Of a DNA stretch of 32,000 nt, positions 9,933-20,797 are shown piece after piece. The stretch is taken from positions 120,001 to 152,000 of the forward strand of contig NZ_LN649236.1 of assembly GCF_000953395.1 (NCBI RefSeq). Direction: 5' to 3'. Position numbers and translations under genes: made by a program. A model generated the notes under the pieces. It made no database searches. It saw nothing but the letters and a program-made list of their open reading frames with translations, and was not told the DNA's origin. This DNA comes from Candidatus Portiera aleyrodidarum. GTDB taxonomy: Bacteria > Pseudomonadota > Gammaproteobacteria > Johnevansiales > Johnevansiaceae. Position 1 is the stretch's first letter. The number at the start of each line of letters is the position of its first letter.

Positions 9933-12900
9933 CTAATGCTTTTTACTATTTTTCCTACGACGTTCATTGTGATATGCTAAACCTGTTCCTGCTGGGATTA
10001 ATCTACCTACTACTACATTTTCTTTTAAACCTCTTAACTTATCATATCTTCCATTAACTGCTGCTTCTGTTAACACACGTGTTGTTTCTTGAAATGATGC
10101 TGCTGAAATAAATGATGAAGTTGCTAATGATGCTTTAGTAATTCCTAGTAATATTCTTTCATATATAATTATTTTTTTTTTCAATTTATATAATTTTCTA
10201 TTTTCTTCTAAAACCGATACTACTTCTACTTGATCACCTTTAATAAAATTACTATCTCCTGAATCTATAATTTTTACTTTACGTAACATTTGTCTTACTA
10301 TTACTTCAATATGTTTATCATTTATTCCAACACCCTGTAATCTATATACTTCTTGTATTTCATTTATAATATACTTTGCTAACTCCTCTACCCCTAATAA
10401 ACGTAATATATCATGTGGATTACTTGGGCCATCAGAAATTACTTCTCCTTTCTCTACTTTATCACCTTCAAAAACACTTAGTTGACGGCCTTTATTAATT
10501 AATATTTCTTTTTTTTCCCCGCTTTCTTCTGAATTTATTATTATTCTACGTTTACCTTTTGTTTCCTTTCCAAATTTTATTCTACCTGTTATTTCTGCCA
10601 TTATTGCATATTCTTTTGGTTTTCTTGCTTCAACTAAATCAGCTACACGAGGTAACCCTCCTGTTATATCTTTATTTCCTAATGCTTCTACAGGTATTCT
10701 TGATATTATTTCACCTACCCCTATTTTTCTACCATTTTCTACTGAAATCAAAGCCTTCCCTGGTAAACTATATTGAACTGGTGTATTATAACCTGGTAAT
10801 GATATTTCCTTCCCTTCTTCATCTTGTAACATAATTCTTGGTCTTTTATCTCTACCTGATACTGGTCTACTCCCTATTTCTAATATTTCTATAGAAGATA
10901 TACCTGTCATTTCATCTACAGTACTATGCATCGTCAACCCTTCTTCCATTTCAATAAACTTTATATATCCTGATACCTCTGATATTATTGGATGTGTATG
11001 AGGATCCCAATTAGCTATTATTGTACCAGCGTTAACAAACTTTCCTTCTCTAATATTTAATTCTGTGCCATATGGTAATCTATAATATTCCTTTTCTCTA
11101 CCTTTTTTATCAATAATATATATTGCGCTGTAACGAGAAACCACTATTAATTTTTTATCATTTCTTTCTACTGCTTTCATGTTATGAAACCTTATTATAC
11201 CACCATACTTAACTTGAACATTATCTTTTATTAAAGTCCGTGATGCTGCTCCACCAATATGAAAAGTACGCATAGTTAATTGAGTACCTGGTTCACCTAT
11301 AGATTGCGCTGCTATTACCCCTACTGATTCTCCAATCTTTACTAAATTTCCTCTCGATAAATCTCTACCATAACACATTACACAAACACCATATAAAGTT
11401 TCACAATTTATTATACTACGTACAAACACTTCATCTATTCCTAGTCTATATATTTTATTACACCATTCTTCATCTAATAATGTACCTGCTTTTATTAATA
11501 CTTTCCCATTTAAATCTAAAATATTTTTGGCTAATATTCTACCTAATATTTTTTCAGTTATTGATACTCTTATATCCCCTCCTTCTATTACTGAATACAT
11601 TAATAAACCCTCTTGTGTATTACAATCTATTTCCGTTATCACTACATCTTGTGCTACATCTACTAATCTTCTTGTTAAATATCCTGAATTCGCTGTTTTT
11701 AATGCTGTATCTGCTAAACCTTTTCTAGCACCATGAGTTGATATAAAATATTGTAATACATTTAATCCTTCACGAAAATTTGCTGTTATAGGTGTTTCAA
11801 TAATAGAACCATCTGGTTTTGTCATTAAACCACGCATACCTGCTAATTGTCTAATTTGAGCTGCACTTCCTCTTGCTCCTGAATCTGCCATAATAAATAC
11901 ACTATTAAAAGATTCTTCTTCAACTTGTTTTCCTACTTTATCTATTACAACATTTTTAGATATCCCTTTCATCATAGCTTTTGCTACTTTATCATTAGCT
12001 TTTGACCAAATATCAATTACTTTATTATATTTTTCTCCTAATGTTACAAGTCCATAAATATATTGTTTTCCTATTTCTTTTACTTCTTTTTCAGCTTTAT
12101 TTATTATATATTCTTTTGAACTCGGTATAATAAAATCATTCACTCCAATTGATGCACCTGACCAAGTAGCTAATTTAAAACCTGTATACATAAGTTTATC
12201 TGCTAATTTAACAGCTTCTTTTAATCCAATATTTCTATAAACTAAATTAATTAATTTAGATATTACTTTTTTTTTCATAGGTCTATTTATTAATTCAAAA
12301 CTCATTCCCTTAGGCAACATACTATATAACATAGCACGACCTACAGTAGTACTGCGTATTGATGTTTGTTTAATTAATTTTTGTTTTTCATCTTTTATCC
12401 AATCTGTTAACCTTACTTTAATACGAGCATGTAAATCAACTTTTTTATTGCTATAAGCTAATTCCACTTCGCTTATATTAGAAAATATCATCCCTTCACC
12501 TTTTACATTACCTTTATCCCTTGTCATATAATATAAACCTAACACTACATCTTGTGATGGTACTATTATAGGTTCTCCACTTGCTGGAGATAATAAATTC
12601 TTGGTGGACATCATTAATTCTCTAGCTTCTAATTGTGATTCCAATGTCAAGGGTACATGTACTGCCATTTGATCACCATCAAAATCTGCGTTATATGCTG
12701 CACATACTAATGGATGTAATTGTATTGCTTTACCTTCTATTAAAATTGGCTCAAACGCTTGAATACCTAATCTATGTAAGGTAGGTGCTCTATTCAATAA
12801 CACTGGATGTTCACAAATTACATCTGCTAATATATCCCATACCTCTGGTACTTCTTTTTCAACCATTTTTTTTGCTGCTTTTATTGTTGCTGCATGTCCA

Positions 12901-14108
12901 TTTCTTTGTAATTTTGAATATATAAAAGGTTTAAATAATTCTATAGCCATTTTTTTTGGTAAACCACATTGCTTTAATCTTAAATTAGGACCTACGGTAA
13001 TTACCGATCTTCCTGAATAATCTACACGTTTACCTAATAAATTTTGACGAAATCTTCCCTGTTTCCCTTTTATCATATCTGCTAATGATTTTAACGGTCT
13101 TTTATTTGAACCTATAATTGCTCTTCCTCTTCTTCCATTATCTAATAACGCATCTACGGCTTCTTGTAACATTCTTTTTTCATTACGTACAATAATTTCT
13201 GGAGCTTTTAATTCAATTAATCTTTTTAATCTATTATTCCTATTAATAACACGCCTATATAAATCATTTAAATCCGAAGTTGCAAACCTTCCTCCATCCA
13301 ATGGTACTAATGGTCTTAAATCTGGAGGTAATATAGGTAAAACATCTAAAATCATCCAACTAGGTTTATTTCCTGATTTTTTAAATGATTCTATTAATTT
13401 TAACCTTTTAGATAATCTTTTCATTTTATTTTCTGAATTAACTTCTTTTATTTCTTTTCTTAATTTCTCTATTTCTTCTACTAAATCTATATCTTCTAAT
13501 AATTTTTTTATAGCTTCTGCACCCATTCTTGCCTTAAATTCATCACCATATTCTTCTATTGCTTCAAAATATTTTTCTTCATTTAATAATTGACCTTTAT
13601 TAAGATTTGTCATCCCTGGTTCTATCACTACAAAAACTTCAAAATATAAAATTCTTTCTATATCTCTTAACGTCATATCTAATAACATCCCTATCCTGCT
13701 TGGTAATGATTTTAAAAACCATATATGTGCTACAGGAGATGCTAACTCTATATGACTCATTCTTTCTCTACGTACACATGTTTTAGTAACCTCTACACCA
13801 CATTTTTCACATATTATTCCTCTATGTTTCATTCTTTTATACTTACCACAAATACATTCATAATCTTTTATAGGACCAAATATTTTTGCACAAAATAATC
13901 CATCTCTTTCTGGTTTTAATGTACGATAATTAATTGTTTCTGGTTTTTTTACCTCCCCATATGACCATGATCTTATCATTTCTGGAGAAGCTAATGAAAT
14001 TTTTATTGCATCAAATTCTTCATAATATGTTTTAGATTTTATTTTTTTTACCAAATCATTCATACTTTTGTACAACCCCCCAACAACCATACTTATTTTT
14101 TTTTTCAT
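9933..14108 (-). CDS. rpoC: DNA-directed RNA polymerase subunit beta' (start ambiguous: 14108, 14090 or, best supported by homology, 14063)
   Basis: The longest ORF is 1391 aa. It carries the [12 protein letters not shown] catalytic loop and the zinc-binding CxCGK..CEKCG block, and is collinear with gammaproteobacterial RpoC to the C-terminus. E. coli and Pseudomonas RpoC start MKDLL..EEFDAI, which aligns with the internal [20 protein letters not shown] (ATG at 14063..14061). The 14108 start overlaps the rpoB stop as ATGA. Confidence 0.97.
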   Translation of the reverse strand: MKKKISMVVGGLYKSMNDLVKKIKSKTYYEEFDAIKISLASPEMIRSWSYGEVKKPETINYRTLKPERDGLFCAKIFGPIKDYECICGKYKRMKHRGIICEKCGVEVTKTCVRRERMSHIELASPVAHIWFLKSLPSRIGMLLDMTLRDIERILYFEVFVVIEPGMTNLNKGQLLNEEKYFEAIEEYGDEFKARMGAEAIKKLLEDIDLVEEIEKLRKEIKEVNSENKMKRLSKRLKLIESFKKSGNKPSWMILDVLPILPPDLRPLVPLDGGRFATSDLNDLYRRVINRNNRLKRLIELKAPEIIVRNEKRMLQEAVDALLDNGRRGRAIIGSNKRPLKSLADMIKGKQGRFRQNLLGKRVDYSGRSVITVGPNLRLKQCGLPKKMAIELFKPFIYSKLQRNGHAATIKAAKKMVEKEVPEVWDILADVICEHPVLLNRAPTLHRLGIQAFEPILIEGKAIQLHPLVCAAYNADFDGDQMAVHVPLTLESQLEARELMMSTKNLLSPASGEPIIVPSQDVVLGLYYMTRDKGNVKGEGMIFSNISEVELAYSNKKVDLHARIKVRLTDWIKDEKQKLIKQTSIRSTTVGRAMLYSMLPKGMSFELINRPMKKKVISKLINLVYRNIGLKEAVKLADKLMYTGFKLATWSGASIGVNDFIIPSSKEYIINKAEKEVKEIGKQYIYGLVTLGEKYNKVIDIWSKANDKVAKAMMKGISKNVVIDKVGKQVEEESFNSVFIMADSGARGSAAQIRQLAGMRGLMTKPDGSIIETPITANFREGLNVLQYFISTHGARKGLADTALKTANSGYLTRRLVDVAQDVVITEIDCNTQEGLLMYSVIEGGDIRVSITEKILGRILAKNILDLNGKVLIKAGTLLDEEWCNKIYRLGIDEVFVRSIINCETLYGVCVMCYGRDLSRGNLVKIGESVGVIAAQSIGEPGTQLTMRTFHIGGAASRTLIKDNVQVKYGGIIRFHNMKAVERNDKKLIVVSRYSAIYIIDKKGREKEYYRLPYGTELNIREGKFVNAGTIIANWDPHTHPIISEVSGYIKFIEMEEGLTMHSTVDEMTGISSIEILEIGSRPVSGRDKRPRIMLQDEEGKEISLPGYNTPVQYSLPGKALISVENGRKIGVGEIISRIPVEALGNKDITGGLPRVADLVEARKPKEYAIMAEITGRIKFGKETKGKRRIIINSEESGEKKEILINKGRQLSVFEGDKVEKGEVISDGPSNPHDILRLLGVEELAKYIINEIQEVYRLQGVGINDKHIEVIVRQMLRKVKIIDSGDSNFIKGDQVEVVSVLEENRKLYKLKKKIIIYERILLGITKASLATSSFISAASFQETTRVLTEAAVNGRYDKLRGLKENVVVGRLIPAGTGLAYHNERRRKNSKKH

Positions 14109-17100
14109 TCCTTTTCTACATCTATACCTAATGATCTTATTTCTTTTACTAACACATTAAATGATTCTGGCATACTAGCCTGCATTGTATAATCTCCATC
14201 TACAATACTTTTATACATTTTTGTACGTCCACCTACATCATCTGATTTTACTGTTAACATTTCTTGTAATGTATAAGCCGCCCCATACGCTTCTAATGCC
14301 CATACTTCCATTTCACCAAACCTTTGTCCTCCAAATTGAGCTTTTCCCCCTAATGGTTGTTGAGTTACTAATGAATATGATCCTGTTGAACGTGCATGCA
14401 TTTTATCATCTACTAAATGATTTAATTTTAACATATACATATAACCTACTGTTACTTTTCTATCAAATTTTTCTCCTGTACAACCATCATATAATTTTAA
14501 TTGTCCAGATTCGGGAACACCTGCCATTTTTAATAATCCTTTTATTTCTTTTTCTGTTGCTCCATCAAATACTGGCGTTGCTATAGGTACTCCTTTTGAT
14601 AATTTCTTCGCCAATATTATTATTTCATCATCCTTTAAACTTTCTAATTTTTCTTTACATCCCCCTGTTTTATTATAAATTTTATTTATTAATTTTCTTA
14701 TTTTTTTTACCTTACTTATTTTTTTTAACATTTTTGTTATTTTTATACCTAACATATGAGCTGCCATTCCTAAATGTGTTTCTAAAATTTGTCCAACATT
14801 CATACGTGAAGGTACACCTAAAGGATTAAGTACTATATCTACTGGTTCACCTTTGTCATCAAACGGCATATCTTCTATAGGCTTAATAGCAGATATTACT
14901 CCTTTATTTCCATGTCTACCTGCCATTTTATCTCCTGGTTGTATCTTTCTTTTTATCGCTAAAAAAACTTTTACAATTTTTAAAATTCCTGGGGCTAAAT
15001 CATCGCCTTGAATTAATTTTCTTTTTTTTTCTATAAAATACCTTTCCTTTTCTTCATGTATTTTTTCTATTTGATCTTTAGTTTTTTTTATTTTTTTATT
15101 TAATTCAGCATCTTTCATTCTTAATTTATACCATTTTATATAATTTAATTTTTTTAAATACTCATCATTTATAATATCACCTTTTTTTATATTTGGTCCT
15201 TTTAATGCTTCTTTACCTTTTATTACTACTTTTAATCTTTTTATTGTTGCTTCTTCTGTTATACGAAATGCTTCTTTTAAATCATTACTTATTTCTTCTA
15301 TTTTCCTTTTTTCTATTTCTCTTGCTCTTAAATCTTTTTTTATTCCATCTCTTGTAAAGATTTGTACATCTATTACTGTTCCTATAGTTCCTGTAGTTGC
15401 ACGTAAAGATGTATCTTTTACATCTGATGCTTTATCTCCAAATATAGCACGTAATAATTTTTCTTCTGGTGTTAATTTCTTTTCGCCTTTAGGTGTTACT
15501 TTACCTACTAAAATATCTCCTGCTTTTATTTCTGCTCCTATATACACTATTCCTGATTCATCTAATTTACTTAACGATGCTTCACTTACATTAGGTATAT
15601 CTGATGTTATTTCTTCAGGACCTAACTTGGTATCACGAGATATACAATTTAATTCTTGAATATGAATAGTAGTAAACCTATCTTCTTTTACTACTCTTTC
15701 TGAAATTATAATAGAATCTTCATAATTATAACCATTCCAAGGCATAAATGCTATTCTCATATTTTGTCCTAAAGCTAAATCTCCTGTATCTACTGCTGTA
15801 CCATCCGCTACAATATCTCCTACTTCTATTTTATCGCCTTCATTTACTATTGTTCTTTGATTTTGACATGTATTTTGATTTGAACGCATATATTTTTTTA
15901 AATTATATATATCTACACAATATTCATTTTCATTTACACGAATAACAATTCTCTTTGCATCTACCACTTCTACAATCCCACTACGTTTGGCTTTTATACA
16001 TACACCTGAATCCTTTGCTACTACTCTTTCCATCCCTGTACCTATTAATGGCTTTTCTGCTATTAATGTTGGAACTGCTTGTCTTTGCATATTCGAACCC
16101 ATTAATGCCCTATTAGCATCATCATGTTCTAAAAATGGAATTAAAGCTGCCGCTACAGAAACTATTTGACATGGTGAAACATCCATTAACTTTACTTTAT
16201 CTGTTTGCATAAAAGTTGTTTCCCCTTTATTTCTTACTTGTACTAAATCATCTTTTAATTCTTCTTTTTTATTCACTATTGCAGAAGCTTGTGCTATTAC
16301 ATATTCTGATTCTTCTATTGCAGATAAATGTATTACTTCCTGTGTAACTTTTCTTTTTACTACTTTTCTATATGGTGTTTCTAAAAATCCATATTTATTT
16401 ATTTTACTATATGTCGCTAAAGAATTTATTAACCCTATATTTGGTCCCTCTGGAGTTTCTATAGGACATAATCTTCCATAATGAGTTGAATGTACATCAC
16501 GAACTTCAAACCCTGCTCTATCTCTTGTTAATCCCCCTGGTCCTAACGCCGAAATCCTTCTTTTATGAGTTATTTCAGCTAAAGGATTAGTTTGATCCAT
16601 AAACTGGGATAATTGACTTGAAATAAAAAACTCTTTCATAGACGCTGTAATTGGTTTTACATTAATTAAATCTTTAGGCATTAGTTTTTCGTCTGATTCT
16701 GTTATCATTAACCTTTCTCTTATTGATTTTTCTACACGCAATAATCCTGCTTTAAAATTATTTTCTGCCATTTCTCCAACACTACGAATCCGTCTATTTC
16801 CTAAATGATCTATATCATCTATTTCACCAAAACCCTTTCTAATTTTTATTAATTCTTTTATCACGTCTATTATATCATCTGCACTTAATATTCCACTACC
16901 TTTCTTATTTTCTCTATTTAATCTACTATTAAACTTCATTCTTCCCACTTCGGAAAGATCATATCGTTCAATAGATAAAAATAAACTTTTAAATATTAAT
17001 TCTGCTGCATCTTTATTTGGTGGTTCTCCTGGCCTCATAATACTATATATTTCCAATATTGCTTCCATTTGTGAATTTGTTGTATCTATTTTTAATGTAT

Positions 17101-18169
17101 CTGATATAAACGAACCTGTATCCAAATCATTTGTATATAATGTATTTATTTTTTTTACTTTATTTTTTAATAATTTGTTTAAATTTTCTAAATTTATTTT
17201 AGTATTACTATTACATATATTTTCTTTTGTTTTTTTATTTATTTGTTTATTAACTAATATTTTTCCTATTAAATATTCTATTGGTACTTTTAATTTTTTT
17301 ATTTTTAATTCTTTTAATTTTAAAATATTTTTTTTAGTAACCCTACAACCTTCTTCTACTAGAATTTTATTCACTTTAGGATCTACTATATTAAAACTTG
17401 CTAATTCACCTCTTAATTTATAAGGATTAAAATTTTCCCAATAAATATTCTTTTTATCTTCAATATTAAAAACATTTATTTCAAAAAAACTTTTTAATAT
17501 TTTTTCATTATTTAAACCTAAAGCACGTAATAATACTGTTACAGGTATTTTTTTTCTTCTATCTATTCTTACATAGATATTATCACGTTGATCAAATTCA
17601 AAATCCAACCACGAACCCCGATAAGGTATTATTCTTGCTGTAGCAATTACTTTTCCTATTGAATAACTTTTATTTTGATCATAATCAAAAACTAACCCCT
17701 GACTTCTATGTAATTGTGACACCACTACACGTTCTGTTCCATTTATTACAAATGTACCATTTTTTGTCATTAATGGTATATCACCCATATATACTTCTTG
17801 TTCTTTCACATACTTTATAATTCTTTTTTTTTCCATTTCATCAAATATCACTAATCTCAGTTTTACACGTAAACTTGTATAATATGTCATTCCTCTTATT
17901 TGACATTCTTTCACATCAAATACTGGCTTCATTAATTTATAATCCACATATTCTAATATAGCTTTTCCAGATAAACTTTTTATAGGAAATATTGAATTTA
18001 AGGCTGCATTTATTCCTATATTTCTTTTTTTTTCATTTTTTCTTTCACTTTGTAAAAATTTTTTATATGATTCCTTTTGAATTGATAACAAATAAGGTAC
18101 CTCCATAATATGAGGTATTTTACCAAATTTTTTACGAATACATTTTTTCTCAGTATAAGAATAAACCAT
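14105..18169 (-). CDS. rpoB: DNA-directed RNA polymerase subunit beta
   Basis: 1354-aa [34 protein letters not shown] is almost identical to the E. coli RpoB N-terminus and the protein is conserved throughout. GAGGAG lies 10 nt upstream of the ATG. Confidence 0.98.
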   Translation of the reverse strand: MVYSYTEKKCIRKKFGKIPHIMEVPYLLSIQKESYKKFLQSERKNEKKRNIGINAALNSIFPIKSLSGKAILEYVDYKLMKPVFDVKECQIRGMTYYTSLRVKLRLVIFDEMEKKRIIKYVKEQEVYMGDIPLMTKNGTFVINGTERVVVSQLHRSQGLVFDYDQNKSYSIGKVIATARIIPYRGSWLDFEFDQRDNIYVRIDRRKKIPVTVLLRALGLNNEKILKSFFEINVFNIEDKKNIYWENFNPYKLRGELASFNIVDPKVNKILVEEGCRVTKKNILKLKELKIKKLKVPIEYLIGKILVNKQINKKTKENICNSNTKINLENLNKLLKNKVKKINTLYTNDLDTGSFISDTLKIDTTNSQMEAILEIYSIMRPGEPPNKDAAELIFKSLFLSIERYDLSEVGRMKFNSRLNRENKKGSGILSADDIIDVIKELIKIRKGFGEIDDIDHLGNRRIRSVGEMAENNFKAGLLRVEKSIRERLMITESDEKLMPKDLINVKPITASMKEFFISSQLSQFMDQTNPLAEITHKRRISALGPGGLTRDRAGFEVRDVHSTHYGRLCPIETPEGPNIGLINSLATYSKINKYGFLETPYRKVVKRKVTQEVIHLSAIEESEYVIAQASAIVNKKEELKDDLVQVRNKGETTFMQTDKVKLMDVSPCQIVSVAAALIPFLEHDDANRALMGSNMQRQAVPTLIAEKPLIGTGMERVVAKDSGVCIKAKRSGIVEVVDAKRIVIRVNENEYCVDIYNLKKYMRSNQNTCQNQRTIVNEGDKIEVGDIVADGTAVDTGDLALGQNMRIAFMPWNGYNYEDSIIISERVVKEDRFTTIHIQELNCISRDTKLGPEEITSDIPNVSEASLSKLDESGIVYIGAEIKAGDILVGKVTPKGEKKLTPEEKLLRAIFGDKASDVKDTSLRATTGTIGTVIDVQIFTRDGIKKDLRAREIEKRKIEEISNDLKEAFRITEEATIKRLKVVIKGKEALKGPNIKKGDIINDEYLKKLNYIKWYKLRMKDAELNKKIKKTKDQIEKIHEEKERYFIEKKRKLIQGDDLAPGILKIVKVFLAIKRKIQPGDKMAGRHGNKGVISAIKPIEDMPFDDKGEPVDIVLNPLGVPSRMNVGQILETHLGMAAHMLGIKITKMLKKISKVKKIRKLINKIYNKTGGCKEKLESLKDDEIIILAKKLSKGVPIATPVFDGATEKEIKGLLKMAGVPESGQLKLYDGCTGEKFDRKVTVGYMYMLKLNHLVDDKMHARSTGSYSLVTQQPLGGKAQFGGQRFGEMEVWALEAYGAAYTLQEMLTVKSDDVGGRTKMYKSIVDGDYTMQASMPESFNVLVKEIRSLGIDVEKE

Positions 18170-18179
18170 CTATAATATA

Positions 18180-18185
18180 CTCCTC
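18180..18185 (-). promoter_or_regulatory. Shine-Dalgarno sequence (GAGGAG) for rpoB
   Basis: Plus-strand ctcctc at 18180-18185 reads GAGGAG on the minus strand. A 10-nt spacer separates it from the rpoB ATG at 18169. Confidence 0.6.
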
Positions 18186-18201
18186 AACTTCATTTATATT
18201 T

Positions 18202-18239
18202 TTTTTACTTTATTTCTACTTTTTTACTTTATTTCTACT
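18202..18239 (-). repeat. Perfect 2 x 19-nt tandem duplication spanning the rplL stop codon
   Basis: 18202-18220 and 18221-18239 are identical (plus tttttactttatttctact; minus AGTAGAAATAAAGTAAAAA). The upstream copy on the minus strand encodes the last four rplL codons (V E I K) plus TAA. The second copy repeats them in the rplL-rpoB spacer. Confidence 0.9.
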
Positions 18240-18586
18240 TTTGCACCAACACTTTCTAATTTTTTTTTATTTTTTTCCGCATCCTCTTTAGATAAAGCTT
18301 CTTTTATTGTTACAGGTGCACTTTCTACTTTTAATTTAGCTTCTTTTAACCCTAATCCTGTTAATTCACGTACCATTTTTATTACACCAATTTTTTTATC
18401 ACCTATTGATTTTAATATTAAATCAAATTCTAACTTTTCTTCTTTTTTTTCTTCTTTTTTTTCTTTTTTATTATTAAATATATATTCTTTTTTTATATTA
18501 AATCTTTTTTCCATTTCTGTAACTAACTCTATCACTTCTATTACATTCATTTTAGATAATATTTCTATAATCTCTTCTTTCTTCAT
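18224..18586 (-). CDS. rplL: 50S ribosomal protein L7/L12
   Basis: 120-aa ORF. The C-terminal domain [44 protein letters not shown] matches L7/L12. The hinge is Lys/Glu-rich rather than Ala-rich. It overlaps rplJ by 4 nt. Confidence 0.96.
   Translation of the reverse strand: MKKEEIIEILSKMNVIEVIELVTEMEKRFNIKKEYIFNNKKEKKEEKKEEKLEFDLILKSIGDKKIGVIKMVRELTGLGLKEAKLKVESAPVTIKEALSKEDAEKNKKKLESVGAKVEIK
18439..18462 (-). repeat. In-frame 2 x 12-nt tandem repeat in the rplL hinge region
   Basis: Plus-strand cttctttttttt occurs twice in tandem (18439-18450 and 18451-18462), followed by a partial third copy. It encodes the KKEE-type low-complexity hinge (..[12 protein letters not shown]..). Confidence 0.8.
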
Positions 18587-19086
18587 TTTTCTAATACCTT
18601 TTTTTCTTTTATTAAAAACATTAATATATATATTAATTTGCCTATTGTAATTATTTTTAACATATTAATTATATTTAATAATATTTCTTTTATATCCGAT
18701 ATTTTTATATTTCCTAATATTTTTATTTTATCTTTTTTTATTATTTTACCTTCATAAACTAATGTTTTTATTTTTTCTTCTTTTAATTTTAATTTTTTCC
18801 ATAACACTAAACTATCATTTATATTTTTTTTAGAAAAACATAACATTATCTGCCCTTTTATATAATCTTTTAAACATTCATATTTTGTTCCTTTTATTGC
18901 TTTTATAAATAATCTATTTCTTATTACATATAATTTCACATCTCTTTTATTTGCTTTTATATGTAATTCATTCATAATTTTTGAATTAATATCTTTATAC
19001 TTTACTACCATTATAGATATTGATTCTATTATATTTTTATTTATTTGTTTTATTATTAATTCTTTTTTTTTAAAACTTTTTTTCAA
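18583..19086 (-). CDS. rplJ: 50S ribosomal protein L10
   Basis: 167-aa ORF collinear with E. coli L10 (..[37 protein letters not shown].. versus ..[39 protein letters not shown]..). TTG start (caa at 19084-19086), preceded by AAGGAG with a 7-nt spacer. Confidence 0.9.
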   Translation of the reverse strand: MKKSFKKKELIIKQINKNIIESISIMVVKYKDINSKIMNELHIKANKRDVKLYVIRNRLFIKAIKGTKYECLKDYIKGQIMLCFSKKNINDSLVLWKKLKLKEEKIKTLVYEGKIIKKDKIKILGNIKISDIKEILLNIINMLKIITIGKLIYILMFLIKEKKVLEK

Positions 19087-19093
19087 ACTATTA

Positions 19094-19099
19094 CTCCTT
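19094..19099 (-). promoter_or_regulatory. Shine-Dalgarno sequence (AAGGAG) for the TTG-initiated rplJ
   Basis: Plus-strand ctcctt at 19094-19099 reads AAGGAG on the minus strand, 7 nt before TTG at 19086..19084. Confidence 0.6.
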
Positions 19100-19120
19100 T
19101 TTTATAATTTCTATATGACC

Positions 19121-19555
19121 CTATTCCTCTTTTATTTCTAAACCCATACTTTTTGCTGTACCTTTTATACATTTTATTGCAGATTTTATGTTTATTACAT
19201 TCATATCTTTCATTTTCGTTTTTGCTATTTCTTTTATTTGTTTTTTTGTTATTTTTCCTACTTTTTTTTTATTATTTTCACTAGATCCTTTTTCTATACC
19301 AATAATTTTTTTTAATAAACTTGCTACTGGGGGATTTTTTATAATAAAAGTAAAACTTCTATCTGAATATATATTTATTATTACTGGTATCGGTATACCC
19401 TTTTCTATATTTTTAGTTTCTAAATTAAATTTTTTACAAAATTCCATTATATTTATTCCTTGTTGTCCTAATCTAGGTCCTATTGGTGGGCTAGGATTGG
19501 CTTTACCTGCTTCTACTTGTATTTTAACTACATTAATTATTTTTTTTTTATCCAT
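19121..19555 (-). CDS. rplK: 50S ribosomal protein L11
   Basis: 144-aa [37 protein letters not shown] matches the L11 N-terminal domain. It starts 4 nt after the nusG stop. Confidence 0.97.
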   Translation of the reverse strand: MDKKKIINVVKIQVEAGKANPSPPIGPRLGQQGINIMEFCKKFNLETKNIEKGIPIPVIINIYSDRSFTFIIKNPPVASLLKKIIGIEKGSSENNKKKVGKITKKQIKEIAKTKMKDMNVINIKSAIKCIKGTAKSMGLEIKEE

Positions 19556-19559
19556 CCTT

Positions 19560-20084
19560 TTAAATATCCTTAATTACTTTATAAAATTCTAATTCTACTG
19601 GCGTTGATCTACCAAAAATTAAAACACTTACTTGTAATTTATTTTTTTCAGAATTTATTTCTTCTACAATACCTGTAAAATCTGTAAAAGGACCTTCTAT
19701 AACTCTTACTCTTTCTCCTAAATTAAATTTATTTTTATCAATATGTTTTTTTATATTACTTAATATTTTTTTTAATTCCTTTTTTTTTATAACTTCAGGT
19801 TTTATTACATTTGCTCCTATAAATCTAACTACTCTTTTTGTTTCATTAACTAACTTCCATGTTTTATCATTTAATTCCATTTCTAATAATATATATCCTG
19901 GATAATATTTACGTTCAATTTTACGTATTTTACCTGATAGATTTTCATTTTTTTTTTCTGAAGGTACTATCATTTTTCCAAATGATGTTTCTAATTTATA
20001 TATTTTTATTCTATTTTTTAAATCACTTATAACTTTTTTTTCATAACCTGAATATATATTTACTACATACCATCTTTTTTTCAC
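19560..20084 (-). CDS. nusG: Transcription termination/antitermination factor NusG
   Basis: 174-aa [20 protein letters not shown] matches the NusG NGN N-terminus (E. coli KKRWYVVQAFSGFE). The C-terminal KOW block is [24 protein letters not shown] start (cac at 20082-20084), preceded by AAGGGA. Confidence 0.94.
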   Translation of the reverse strand: MKKRWYVVNIYSGYEKKVISDLKNRIKIYKLETSFGKMIVPSEKKNENLSGKIRKIERKYYPGYILLEMELNDKTWKLVNETKRVVRFIGANVIKPEVIKKKELKKILSNIKKHIDKNKFNLGERVRVIEGPFTDFTGIVEEINSEKNKLQVSVLIFGRSTPVELEFYKVIKDI

Positions 20085-20109
20085 TTTTTTTCCCTTTTTT
20101 TCCCTTTTA

Positions 20110-20445
20110 CTAGTTTTTCTTTATAAGAATTGCTATTAATCCACTAATTAAAGTATCTAATATCCATATTATTATACTTAATATAAATATTACTAATACA
20201 ACTACTATTGTTGTTTTTATTATTTCTTGTTTTTTTGGCCAAACTACCCTTTTGATTTCTTTTTTTGCATTTTTTCCTAAACTTCTTAATTCTTTTCCTT
20301 TTACAGTCATTAACATTACATATATACTTAAACTATATAATAATAAATATATATATTTATTATTTTTTAATAAATATATTGCAATTAATATATTTATTAT
20401 AGAATATAACCACTTTAACTCATCATACTTTTTATTTTTTATCAT
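20110..20445 (-). CDS. secE: Preprotein translocase subunit SecE
   Basis: 111-aa hydrophobic ORF with the SecE signature KEIKRVVWPKKQEIIKTTIVVV before the last transmembrane segment. It holds the conserved position between tRNA-Trp and nusG. Confidence 0.9.
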   Translation of the reverse strand: MIKNKKYDELKWLYSIINILIAIYLLKNNKYIYLLLYSLSIYVMLMTVKGKELRSLGKNAKKEIKRVVWPKKQEIIKTTIVVVLVIFILSIIIWILDTLISGLIAILIKKN

Positions 20446-20460
20446 ATTGTTTTCCTATTT

Positions 20461-20533
20461 CAGGCCAGGAGGGACTTGAACCCCCAACCTGCGATTTTGG
20501 AGACCGCTGCTCTACCAATTAAGCTACTGACCT
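20461..20533 (-). tRNA. trnW: tRNA-Trp (anticodon CCA)
   Basis: Hand-folded reverse complement: AGGTCAG TA GCTT AATTGGTA GAGC A GCGGT CTCCAAA ATCGC AGGTT GGGGG TTCAAGT CCCTC CTGGCCT G. It forms a full cloverleaf with a GTTCAAGT T-loop and discriminator G. No 3' CCA is encoded. Confidence 0.92.
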
Positions 20534-20539
20534 TAATAC

Positions 20540-20611
20540 TGCTCATGACCGGACTTGAACCGGAGACCTCACCTTTACCAAAGGTGTGCTCTACCACTGA
20601 GCTACATGAGC
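20540..20611 (-). tRNA. trnT: tRNA-Thr (anticodon GGT)
   Basis: Reverse complement: GCTCATG TA GCTC AGTGGTA GAGC A CACCT TTGGTAA AGGTG AGGTC TCCGG TTCAAGT CCGGT CATGAGC A. It forms a cloverleaf with one U-U mismatch at the base of the T-stem. No CCA is encoded. Confidence 0.9.
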
Positions 20612-20618
20612 AATTCTT

Positions 20619-20689
20619 AGCGAACAACGGGAATCGAACCCGTATCATCAACTTGGAAGGCTAATGTTTTACCATTAAACTATGTTCGC
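20619..20689 (-). tRNA. trnG: tRNA-Gly (anticodon TCC)
   Basis: Reverse complement: GCGAACA TA GTTT AATGGTA AAAC A TTAGC CTTCCAA GTTGA TGAT ACGGG TTCGATT CCCGT TGTTCGC T. Discriminator U, as in bacterial tRNA-Gly. No CCA is encoded. Confidence 0.9.
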
Positions 20690-20694
20690 CTTTG

Positions 20695-20775
20695 TGGAGA
20701 GAGAAGGATTCGAACCTTCGAAGCTTTCGCGGCAAATTTACAGTCTGCTCCCTTTGACCACTCAGGTATCTCTCC
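20695..20775 (-). tRNA. trnY: tRNA-Tyr (anticodon GTA), class II with long variable arm
   Basis: Reverse complement: GGAGAGA TA CCTGAGTGGTCAAAGGG A GCAGA CTGTAAA TTTGC CGCGAAAGCTTC GAAGG TTCGAAT CCTTC TCTCTCC A. It closely parallels E. coli tRNA-Tyr. No CCA is encoded. Confidence 0.9.
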
Positions 20776-20797
20776 TTTTTTTATACAATATTTATCT

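Noticed and set aside
14185-14586. Long plus-strand ORFs antisense to conserved genes. Examples: 14185-14586 (133 aa), 19188-19592 (134 aa), 1414-1707, 3923-4198, 5566-5853, 10559-10834, 17175-17423, and the other plus-strand ORFs of about 60-90 aa in the track.
   Set aside because: Each lies entirely inside a strongly conserved minus-strand gene (rpoB, rplK, rplP and others). They translate to Phe/Leu/Ile-rich low-complexity strings, which is what the reverse complement of Lys/Asn/Ile-rich AT-biased coding sequence gives. None has a recognisable motif. They are shadow ORFs.
20085-20109. A tandem tcccttttttt motif in the secE-nusG spacer (AAGGGAAAAAAA x2 on the minus strand), considered as a regulatory repeat.
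   Set aside because: It is only two short copies, each simply a Shine-Dalgarno-like AAGGGA in an A-tract. Most likely one is the nusG ribosome-binding site and the other a small slippage copy.
20460-20664. ORFs 20460-20651 (-, 63 aa) and 20476-20664 (+, 62 aa).
   Set aside because: They sit exactly on the tRNA-Trp/Thr/Gly genes. The locally GC-richer tRNA sequence is stop-poor by chance.
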